A stretch of DNA of 63,504 nucleotides, the filler included, from Octopus bimaculoides (taxonomy: Eukaryota), in NCBI RefSeq assembly GCF_001194135.2. It is 4 parts of 3 records of this genome, joined end to end, with 100 filler letters (N's around TTAATTAATTAA, not from the genome) between each part and the next. Parts side by side here need not be neighbours in the genome. Positions count along the whole stretch, not along the records: positions 50,438 to 62,124 come from NC_068984.1; positions 62,225 to 63,504 come from NC_069003.1; 2 more parts are not named here. The stretch is one strand, 5' to 3'. The position numbers and the translations under genes were made by a program. The number at the start of each line of letters is the position of its first letter. The first letter of the stretch is position 1. Below, piece after piece: positions 53,236 through 63,504 of this stretch. Below the pieces are notes generated by a model. The model worked only from the letters and a program-made list of their open reading frames with translations. It was not told where the DNA came from and searched no databases.

Positions 53236-55514
53236 GAAGGATGTGGAGAGTCAATTACATCCACCCCAGTGTTCAGCTGACGCTTATTTTATCAATCCTG
53301 AAAATATGAAAGGCAAAGTTGACCTCAGCAGAATTTGAACTCAGAATGTGAAGATGGACAAAATAATACCACTTTTCCCACTGTACGAATGATTCTGCCA
53401 GCTCACTGCCTCATGAGTGCTACATATTAAAGTTTAATTATAAAACATTGTAGAAATGAAAAAAAAAAAAAAAAAATTCCTTGTAATTAAACAGTATGCA
53501 GTGTAACCAGAAATATGTGGCATCACTGGTAAGTTCTAGTAACAGACCATGGTGTTAAATTGGCACCAATATTTAGACTGCTTCAAGAATTACTCAGGTG
53601 TCTTTTGCATGAGAAACAGTAGTTAAGTTAGTGTAAACATATTTAATGCAGTGAGCATTAAAAAAAAAAATTAAAAAAACTAACTAGAAATGATTCTGCA
53701 ATGAGTAAAAGCAAACAAACATGTAAAAAAAACTTAGTTGTTGGTTAATGTTATTTAAACAAGATTTATCCCTGACATTAACAATCCAGTAACAGCTATA
53801 ATTACTGCCTTATATTTAGCAGCTTATGACTAATAATACAAAACATTTGTCAATTATACTAACCTTCATTAAAAAAATAAGTAGTCAAACAAAAATAATA
53901 TGAGCTTTATTTATTTGAGTTTATTTATTTTACAAGAGTTTATTAAAAAGAAAATAAAAACATCAAAACTATTTGGAAGTGAAAATATCAATTAAAAGGG
54001 TTGACAAAGAAATGTCACGTTGAAATGGTAAAAACAAAGGGGGGGGGGAGAAAGGATGTGGAGTTTTGTATATAGGTAGATTACCTGGTGTGTAAAGAAA
54101 GATATATAAACAGAGAAGATTAGACATCTTGCAGCAAGTCTTGGGTAACTAGTAGACTTTTCTACATTGGCCTGATCACATTAAGCCTGAGTTATAATCC
54201 TGGTCATGATAAACTCTTGAGGATAATAATTATATAACAACATTATTAACAAATCATAAAGCTAATGCTTTCTATTTTATGATCATCAACTTGTTTAGAA
54301 ACAATTTTCTATATGGTTCAGACATAGAATATACAACTCTCCTTTCAATGAATTCTACCTTAGAACAAAAGTACTTTTTAAACCAGAGGCTTTAAATCAA
54401 TGCATATTTAATCAGATGAATGCAAACACATCTGTTTAACAGTCTACTATCTATTCCAAACTTTCAGCCACCATGGGTGATCACAGTTAACAGTAGAAAG
54501 TAAATGTAACAAGATAAAGCTTAAGTTTTCAATTAAAATATCATATTCAAAAGCGAAAGGAGGTATTATTCTGAAGCTGAAGTACCACTGAATACAACCA
54601 ACAGAGATAGGTTAAGAAAAAAAAAAAAGCATTTAAAAAGATTGATATTGAACTTTATAATAAGAAAAGAAAATTGTCTTTTGAAGGTGGACATTAAGTG
54701 ACTAAATTCTGTCGGTTTCAAAATTTTGTTGTAAATTACCAGCAGTTTTCAGTTGCAGCAAAAAATATGGATATTGCGATAATTAAAGTATTTATGGTGT
54801 TATTGATTTATTTTTCATGATGTCAGAAAAACCTGTAGCTAATAAATCTCTCACAAACAATTACATATAATAGAGTTCTCTCTTTATTATTTGTGGCAGT
54901 ATTGTGGAACATGATTAATTAAGCAATATTATTATCTGGTGCAATTTAAGCAAGTATTGTTATCCAGTGCTACACAAGCGATTGCTATTTAGACTGCACT
55001 GCTATATATCAAACTGGAGAAAGCAAAAATTCTATAGACTGAAGCAATGACACTTTTGGCAGTAACTCTAGAACTACTGTTAGTATATTATATTAAATAT
55101 AGGTAATACACATGTAGTGATAAATAAAAATTCTCGTATCTTCCATCTCTCATTAACCAAATATATTCTATATATGTGTGTGTGTATACACACAAAAAGA
55201 AACTAGGCAGTTTTCATTTGAAATGCAGGTGCATCCTCCTCCTTAAGTGAAAAACTCATTCACCATGAAATACCAGCTTTTTGATCTGAGTGACACCAAC
55301 AATAAACCAAACCTTTAGCTGCCTTGGATATCTGAAGTGGTTATTAATAGTTAAAAGTATTAGAAAGATTGATTCTAAAACCATAATTTAAGTGTACTCC
55401 AGCTGTTCTTACAATCATCAAGCAACTGAGACAGTGTTGTAGCATTTCTGGAAATTATGTTTGCGCAACAAACTGCACCACAGAACATCAAGTGTTTTTG
55501 TTCTGTAAACTGGT

Positions 55515-55772
55515 TATATTACACCATAATACTTATATCCAGGGAAAATCACACCATGTAACTATATCAAGGGAATATCACATTGTATAATTATATCCAG
55601 GCAATATCATACCATATCATTTTAACTAGGCAATATCACACCATATAATTATATCCAGGCAATATCACACCATATAATTGTATCCAAGTAATACCACATT
55701 GTATAAATTACATCCAGGCATTATCACAGCATATAATTATATCAAGGTAATATCACATTGTATAATTGTATC
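55515..55772. repeat. 29-bp minisatellite, about 9 copies
   Basis: Unit aatatcacaccatataattatatccaggc repeated with variants. Confidence 0.9.
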
Positions 55773-57026
55773 TGCTCATTGTTACTATGTTTTTAGACAG
55801 TTATTTTTATGTCTTTTCATTGGTGATCAGTCCAGCTAACACCAGACAACTGTATTTCATCACAGACTTAACATGGCCACATGTCAAATTATTTAATTTT
55901 ACATATTAGAGTGGTTCAATTTACTCACCACCGAACACATTGTTACTGATTATTTAATAGGGCCCTGGTCTGTTGACACTTATTTGCAATCAGTTCTTCC
56001 ATACTTTGCCATAAAATACAAGCTATATTTTTTTAAAAATCATCTAACACCTAATTTTCAGTAACAGATGAACAAGGTTTAATACAAAGATTAAAAAAAA
56101 AAAAAAAGAAAAATCCACTTCGAAATCTAAGGTTGATATAAAGTATTCATTGGAAGGAGAGTTTATTAGTTAGAATGATTCATTTTTTAAAAATAATTAT
56201 AATAAATTGTAGGAATTGTATGTGATTCCTTTTAGAGTATGTTTACCTTGATCGAATATTAAATAATCTCACAAGAAACAATGAAATAAATCAATGTCAA
56301 ACCAAAATACCATATCAAATATTATAACAGTTCTTTTCTAAACCCAGAACACCGAAATAATTTACCATAGTTTTAACTTATATATTTTCTTTCTCTCTTC
56401 ATGTTAGAGGAAATGGAGTCAACTTAATAATAATATAAACTACAAGGACAAGGCTGTTGAGGTGTAATATAGTTTATAATATCAACTACAAGAATATTAC
56501 GATTACTTACAGGGCATTTAGAATAGTTATGAAACAAAACTGGATACTATAAGTTTTCGTTCATTAACATTTTCTTTTTCAACTACATTGCCCTTATGAT
56601 GGTGGTGATAAGTCTTTCTGCTATAGGCACAGGTCTTGAAATTTGCAGGAAGAGCGCTAGTTGAATACATCAACCCCAGTACTCAACTGGTACTTATTTT
56701 ATTGATCTTGAAAGGACGAGAAGCAAAGTTGACCTTGGTGGAATTTGAACTCAGAATGTAAATATGGACAAAATGCTGATAAGCATTCTAACAATTCTGT
56801 CAGCTCACCACCTTAATAATAATAATAATGATAATAATAATAATAATACATAATGATAACCATAACAACAACATTAATAATAATAATAATAAGTTCTAAT
56901 AAAGGCATTAAGCCAGAAATATAGTGGAGGATTAGTTGATCAAACTGCTTCAAGTACTTAACAGGTGCTAACTTTATCAACCTTGGAAGGGTGAAAGGTA
57001 TAAAGTTGACTCCCACCCCAGAGAGA

Positions 57027-57164
<138 letters not shown>

Positions 57165-59199
57165 TTTGCAATCAGAAAGTAAATGGATGCAACTAAATAG
57201 TGCAAAGATCTTGTCTGGTGCTCAGCTAATTATGCCATTCACAACCCCCAAAAGTTGTGACAATATAACAACAATTTTTTACACAGGCATAAAACCAGAA
57301 ACTTTTGGGGAGTAGAAATGGAGGTAAACAATCAATCATATCAACACCAGTACATAACTGGTACCTATTTTATCAATCTCAGGAAAACAAAAGGCAATGT
57401 TGACTCTGGCATGATTAGAACCCAGAACATAAAGGGATGTAACCAAATACTGCAAAGTATTTTATTCAACACTCCACCATCCTTGTGATGATGATGATGA
57501 TGATAATGATAATCCTTTCTAATTTTGGCACAAGGCCAGAAATTTTGAGGGGGCAAAGCAATTACATCAACTCCACTGGCACTGTTATTTTATTGACTCT
57601 GAAAGGCAAAGTTGACATCAGTGGCATTTGAACTTAAAATGTAACAAGCTGGAAGAAATGCTGTTAAGCATTTTGTTCCAATGCATTAACAATGCTGCCA
57701 GTTTGCCACCTTCATAACAATAATAATAGTAATACTAGCAATAATAATGCTTTGTAATTTCGGCACAAGGTCAGCAAATTTAGTGGAAGTAGGGTTAGTC
57801 AATCACATCGACCTCGATACTTTGACCAGTACCGTCTTCATTTTATTGACCGCCCCACTAAAGGGATGAAAGGCAGAGCTGACCTTGGCAGGATTTCAAT
57901 ACAATAATTAAAGAGTCACAACTAAATATTGCAAAGCGTTTAATCTAACACTCTAACGATTCTGCCAATCCATCACTTTTAAAATAATAATAATAATGAT
58001 AATTTCAAATTTTGGCACAAGGCCAACAATTTTGGGGGAAGGGATAAGTCAATTATATCAACCCCAGTGTTCAACTGGTACTTATTTTATCAATCCCGAA
58101 AGGATGAGAGGCAAAGTCGACCCTCGAAGGATGAAAAGCAAAGTTGACCCGGGTGGCACTTGAACTCAGAACGGAAGGTCGGAAGGAATGCTGCTAAGCA
58201 TTTTTCGCAAGCATGCTACTGATTCTGCCAGCTCACCACTTTAATAATAATAAAATAATAATGAAATCTTGCAAGAGTTTTATACAGTAAAAATTAAAAA
58301 GAGACATAAAAAACATTTCTGTAGCAATAATAATTTGTCTTGTTGGTTGATGATTATAAAGGATAACCAAAGACATTAACAAGGGTTCAATCTCTATTTA
58401 GTAAATGCTAATAAAACAAAATGGTCCTGTGGTGAGAGGTTGTAGTAGGTGAATAACAATCTGTGTAACAATAGTCCAAGTAATAATAATTTAACACTTG
58501 AGAAAAACGATGTCGATGATGATGATGAATCTATGTTTCCCTTCAAGAAATGTGTGGTACAAGATCACACGTTTGTTGAAGAGGGAGATGCAGTTAACTG
58601 AAAGCGAACTGACCAAATCCTTAGTGTATTACTGGTACTTACTTGGATCAACCCTGAAGAGATGGAAGTCAAAGCTGACTTTGACAATTTCATGCCATTG
58701 TAGATGGTAACAAAATATCTGTATTTATTTTAAAAGAATCGAGCTATCAATGACAGAATAACATAAGGAAAATACTAAAGTTCTGTTGAGACATTAAGAA
58801 TGGAAGCTATTGTTATAAGTTTTGTTTTGTGGGTGTTGGGATGGAAATAAATAATACGATAGAAGTGCAAGAGGTGAGGATGGGGAGACAAGCAAACAAA
58901 CATTAAAAAGAAATAAAATAAAAACCCAACAGAATACAATAGAAGCCACAAAAAGGGGTGAGGTGAAGGGAGAAAAGCAGTGAAAAACTGCCGTGGACTT
59001 TTCCCTGAATCATTATTAAAGAAATATCACATTGTGCAGAATTGTCCTAAACACACTGCAGGTAAGACATTGTTTTGGATACATTCCATGGTTTGTATTT
59101 TGGCAATCTTTATATGTACAACCACAAACAAATAAGCACACACATGCTCAGTCACACACTCACTCACATATCAATATATAAAGAATTTGTGTTGATTTT

Positions 59200-60312
59200 T
59201 TATGTATTTGTTTGACTGAGAAATATTTTCACACAACCATATGAATACATTGGCACAGGGATCTTGCCAACAACATCCCATGAGTTGTCTTTGGAGTTGT
59301 ACACTTCTATCAGATCAGAATAAAGGTTCTCTTTTGACCCCCTGCATCGGCCCCCAAATAAATAAATTTTCTCATCCAGCACAGCCAAGCTAACAAAGTC
59401 ACGAGCACATCTCATTTCAGGGAGAATGTCCCAGTTACCAGTTAGTGGTGTGTAACGAAATACACCTTCAAGCCCTACCACGTATATCTGAGAGTTCAAT
59501 ACCACAGCACTGAGGCACATGTCATTTGCAGGAAGACCATTCTTTACGATGCTACAGGTATGTGTTGTTGTATCATAGCATTGTACAACATTTGTCACAA
59601 CCTCGTCATTGTTCTTTCCTCCGAACAGATAGATGTATTTACCATAGGCAACATAACCCATGTTTTCTACAGCAAACAGTAGTTTTCCCGTGCTTGTCCA
59701 TTTATTTGAAGAACTATCCCACATTTCTACAGTGTTTAGCACACATTCTTCATCAAATCCTCCCAATACATAAATGTTGTTATCAACGACAGCCATAGCA
59801 TGTCGTCTTCGAGCTTGTAACATGTTGTTTCCTCTAATCCAGGAATGGAATGTGAGATCATATTTCCATAATTCTGGACTTCTCAAACCACCAGACACAT
59901 AAATCTCATTGCCTATCACTGCAGCAGCATATTCGTTTCGCTTTTTAAAGGGAAGCGGTTTCAAAGACACAAACTCTTTTGTATCTGGTCTGTAAAACTC
60001 CACATCACTGCTGAGACCATCAGCTACTCTGCCACCAAGGAGTACAGCAACTTCCGTGTAAGAGAAAGCAAAGCGAGGAGTAATCTGATAAGCTTGTAGT
60101 AAGTTACGTCGTGAAGGAACAGTATGGAATGAGATTGCATCTTCTATCATTTCTTGACCCTTTTCACACGTCATATGATTGGATTTGATCACATAATCCA
60201 GCAGGTAGCTTTGAGCAATCAATGGAAACTTCACACAAGTCATCATCTGGTAGCGGAAAGATTTCCTGTGTTCAATATCATACTCCAGCCATTTGACAGC
60301 AGCCTCGAAAAC
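59200..60312 (-). CDS. KLHL24-like: Kelch-like protein, KLHL24/KLHL6/KLHL35-type: last coding exon with end of BACK domain plus six Kelch repeats (370 aa + stop); BTB exon(s) not found in window
   Basis: Extends the 348-aa ORF upstream to a ttttgtag acceptor (VFEAAVKWLEYD..., BACK motif). GG/Y/W kelch repeats; EV.V..GG, LP...EYA, R.RH.MAV and GCV.I motifs recalled from KLHL24. Confidence 0.93.
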   Translation of the reverse strand, partial: VFEAAVKWLEYDIEHRKSFRYQMMTCVKFPLIAQSYLLDYVIKSNHMTCEKGQEMIEDAISFHTVPSRRNLLQAYQITPRFAFSYTEVAVLLGGRVADGLSSDVEFYRPDTKEFVSLKPLPFKKRNEYAAAVIGNEIYVSGGLRSPELWKYDLTFHSWIRGNNMLQARRRHAMAVVDNNIYVLGGFDEECVLNTVEMWDSSSNKWTSTGKLLFAVENMGYVAYGKYIYLFGGKNNDEVVTNVVQCYDTTTHTCSIVKNGLPANDMCLSAVVLNSQIYVVGLEGVFRYTPLTGNWDILPEMRCARDFVSLAVLDEKIYLFGGRCRGSKENLYSDLIEVYNSKDNSWDVVGKIPVPMYSYGCVKIFLSQTNT

Positions 60313-61879
60313 CTACAAAAGAAAACAAGTCAATATAGTTGAAATATTGATTTTTTTAAATTGGCACAAACATTTTAGAATTACAATTGATTAACTTAAG
60401 TCAATATATGTCTTATACCTATTTTATATGCAGCCTTCCCGCCCATCATATTTGACTTGTATTTATTTTATTAACCCAGAAATTGAAGAGATGCGATGCA
60501 TTTTGTCTGGTGCTCTGCTTGTTATGTGTCCCATCACTTTCATGTACAGTTTAAATAATAACAATCGTTACAGTATGAGAACAACAATAACATCATCAAC
60601 AAGATTTAAAGTTAGGTTAGTGACTGAAGATGGTACAGTCTTTATCACAAGAAGTTTTGTTCCAAAAACAGGGGTCACACAGAATGTTCAAATCTTTAAT
60701 CTTTATGTTTAATAAATGGAGAGAAATCCCATTGCTATAATGTTCTAGTAACAAGTTAGTTGATAGAAGAATGGACAGACTCTTGTTAAGTTGCATCAAT
60801 GAATCAGAGCAGTGGAGAATGAAGATGCAATGTAAATGCTGTTTTGTTCTAGTGATCAAATAAGACAGAGATGATGTGATGGGGAGCAAGCGAAATCCAC
60901 AGTCAAACTATGAAAAAACGTGTAGGGGCAATGAAGTCTTGTCGTTAAGGTGCTGTATGACTGAGTCATGGTTTAAAACCAGCCACCAACACTGTTGAAC
61001 TCTAGTATAAATCATATGCACGAAGTAGCCTTATTTGAAATGCAGGTGTTACTATCACTTCATGCTTGAGTGATTGCTGTTTAGATCAAAATGTTAACAA
61101 ATAACCAACACTATTATGTTACCACAAATTCCAGTCCTGGTTGCAGTGTGGTGGCTTGAGTGTCTCAATGACCTTGAGACCTATGCTGAACAGGTCAAAG
61201 GATAGAGGCCAGACTCTTATGGACCACCTCTTCCGACATGGGTTTGTGTTGATTAGACAAAAGAAGCAACATTACAAATGCCCCGTTGACAATTCGAAGA
61301 CAACAAAACCTGGGAGATGAAGGCTTACGAAAACAAGGTGATTTACAGAACAGCATAACCCACGATAATATTGACAAATGGAGTTAAATATCAGAAATAT
61401 AAATTTTCTTTGAGTGTTTTATAAGTCATCAGAAGAAAACAATTCCTGTCCTTACTGCTACACTGTAGCACAGTACAATCATCCCATATTTGTCTTCACT
61501 ATAATACTATACTCTACACCTATTACACCATGTTCTTACTCCCACACTCCACTCCACACATTATCTTCAACTGCTTTCAGAATTAAAAATGGGATAACTG
61601 TGGCTGAAATACCTCTGTTCAGAGGTCTTCTTGATCAGACTATGATAACATTTTACCATCAAATTCCATGCTTTAAGTCATCTAGAGCACTTCTATTACA
61701 CACTCCCCTAACAACATTACCACCACTATCACAATGCACGGTATTACTCTAATATAATTACTAATTACATTCTCCCTCAATAACATTATCACATTCTATA
61801 TTACCAGACTACTACAATAATATTCTAATACAATTACAAATACATCAGTCACTAATACTACCACCACCACCACCACTAC

Positions 61880-62124
61880 TACTGATCATCATCATCATCA
61901 TCATCGTTTAACGTCCGCTTTCCATGCTAGCATGGGTTGGACGATTTGACTGAGGACTGGTGAAACCGGATGGCAACACCAGGCTCCAGTCTGATTTGGC
62001 AGAGTTTCTACAGCTGGATGCCCTTCCTAACGCCAACCCCTCAGAGAGTGTAGTGGGTGCTTTTACGTGTCACCCGCACGAAAACGGCCACGCTCGAAAT
62101 GGTGTCTTTTATGTGCCACCCGCA
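61880..62124 (-). mobile_element. Young (GAT)n-tailed SINE-like repeat, copy 2
   Basis: Reverse complement of 50438-50655 with only about 6 differences. Confidence 0.8.
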
Positions 62125-62224
62125 NNNNNNNNNNNNNNNNNNNNNNNNNNNNNNNNNNNNNNNNNNNNTTAATTAATTAANNNNNNNNNNNNNNNNNNNN
62201 NNNNNNNNNNNNNNNNNNNNNNNN

Positions 62225-62595
62225 AGTGGTTAGGGCAGCGGACTCGCGGTCATAAGATCGCGGTTTCGATTCCCAGACCGGGCGTTGTGAGTGTTTATTG
62301 AGCGAAAACTCCTAAAGCTCCACGAGGCTCCGGCAGGGGATGGTGGCGAACCCTGCTGTACTCTTTCACCACAACTTTCTCTCACTCTTACTTCCTGTTT
62401 CTGTTGTGCCTGTAATTCAAAGGGTCAGCCTTGTCACACTGTGTCACGCTGAATATCCCCGAGAACTACGTTAAGGGTACACGTGTCTGTGGAGTGCTCA
62501 GCCACTTGCACGTTAATTTCACGAGCAGGCTGTTCAGTTGATCGGATCAACTGGAACCCTCGACGTCGTAAGCGACGGAGTGCCAACAACAACAA
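62225..62595 (+). mobile_element. Young tRNA-derived SINE with (AAC)n tail
   Basis: agtggttagggcagcggactcgcggtc...ggtttcgattccc head; 3' end gatcaactggaaccctcgacgtcgtaagcgacggagtgcc(aac)n; CpG-rich. Confidence 0.8.
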
Positions 62596-63504
62596 CCGTT
62601 AAGCTAAGCGATCCATGATGTCTATGTAAACAATGCGCTCGAAGATAGAAAAATAGGCGAGACACAATGTTGACGCATAAGCCTTTAATATACTTGGTCG
62701 TATGATATAGTTGCATAGCGGAATCGTGTTCCCACCAGCAATTCATGTATTTCAATGTGGAGATGTTAAGGGGAGACAACTTATGTTAGTGTTCCATATG
62801 AATTGCTAAAGCGAGATGGAAACCTTTACCTTTTTATGTAAACCCGTGAAGTTACTTCACTTGTATTAAACATTTGGAAAGGCATCAGTGCTACAGTGCA
62901 TGCACGAACTTTCCCTCCTTTACTAGACATTGTGTTAAGGGCCCCTGAAAAATTTTGTATGTATTGCAAGAAACAGCTAGGTTTCTTAATCTGACGTTTT
63001 ACCTACACAAAATAGGGAATTTGGAAAACAAAATAAGAATTTTGAAAAAAAGTTTCTATAAAACTAGTTTTTAAACAAGGAATGACTATGGGGACTCGCT
63101 AGAATATAATATTAACCAAATGGGTTACGAGAAAGAATGCCTTGTCTAACAAGCCCGAAGCTTGACGTCACGATGAGGTGAAAGGAAGAGAAAGAAGTGA
63201 TTTATAGCAGTCAGCTGTATTTCGTTGGTATGTTATTTTATCGATTAACTCTTAAAGAAAGACACAGTAAACCATTACGAGGCTTGTACTTAAAACAAAG
63301 AAGCCACGTAAATAAATTCAGCAACATGTTTTCTCCCGTGATCCACTGATTCTGCCAGCCACCATTTTTTGTATCGCAGACGAATACACAAATGATAGGC
63401 CTGGTTGATAATTGAAATAAATGGTACCAAAGGCAAATAACTCACAGAGTTTTTTTTTTTCTTTTACAATTAATACTCTAGAGTGCTCTCCCTTGTATTC
63501 ATGA

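Noticed and set aside
59040-59066. Strong plus-strand donor cag|gtaaga antisense to the kelch 3' UTR
   Set aside because: No convincing partner exon or ORF; a consensus hit alone is insufficient.
60617-60889. 90-aa minus-strand ORF as a possible upstream kelch-gene exon
   Set aside because: No BTB/BACK motifs; more likely decayed repeat sequence.
62225-62285. tRNA-like heads (also at 25737 and 43680, and in families A and B)
   Set aside because: They continue into SINE bodies and tails; no complete cloverleaf with a Pol III terminator, so not called as tRNA genes.

Overview
AT-rich, microsatellite- and SINE-dense eukaryotic scaffold with assembly gaps. The repeat content and small spliced exons point to a cephalopod (Octopus-like) genome; this is an inference. 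Two protein-coding genes are well supported. (1) The 3' 11 exons of a transglutaminase gene on + (136-13171) splice in frame to 512 aa plus stop, with an intact Cys-His-Asp triad and both C-terminal beta-barrels. (2) The 1113-nt last coding exon of a KLHL24-like BTB-BACK-Kelch gene on - (59200-60312). The two genes converge. Between them lie tRNA-derived SINEs, TAA-associated R4/Dong-like retroelement ends, a decayed mariner, MITEs, an RTE fragment, a Penelope-like fragment, minisatellites and foldback palindromes. Best leads: a cryptic minus-strand three-exon unit at 45.2-46.2 kb ending in a PLAT/LH2-like exon, with one in-frame TGA and a GC-AG intron; a sharply bounded CpG-decay domain (about 50.7-61.5 kb) around the kelch gene; non-canonical regulatory residues in the transglutaminase; and an orphan exon-like segment at 48.7 kb. 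No prokaryotic-type systems (CRISPR etc.) are present.
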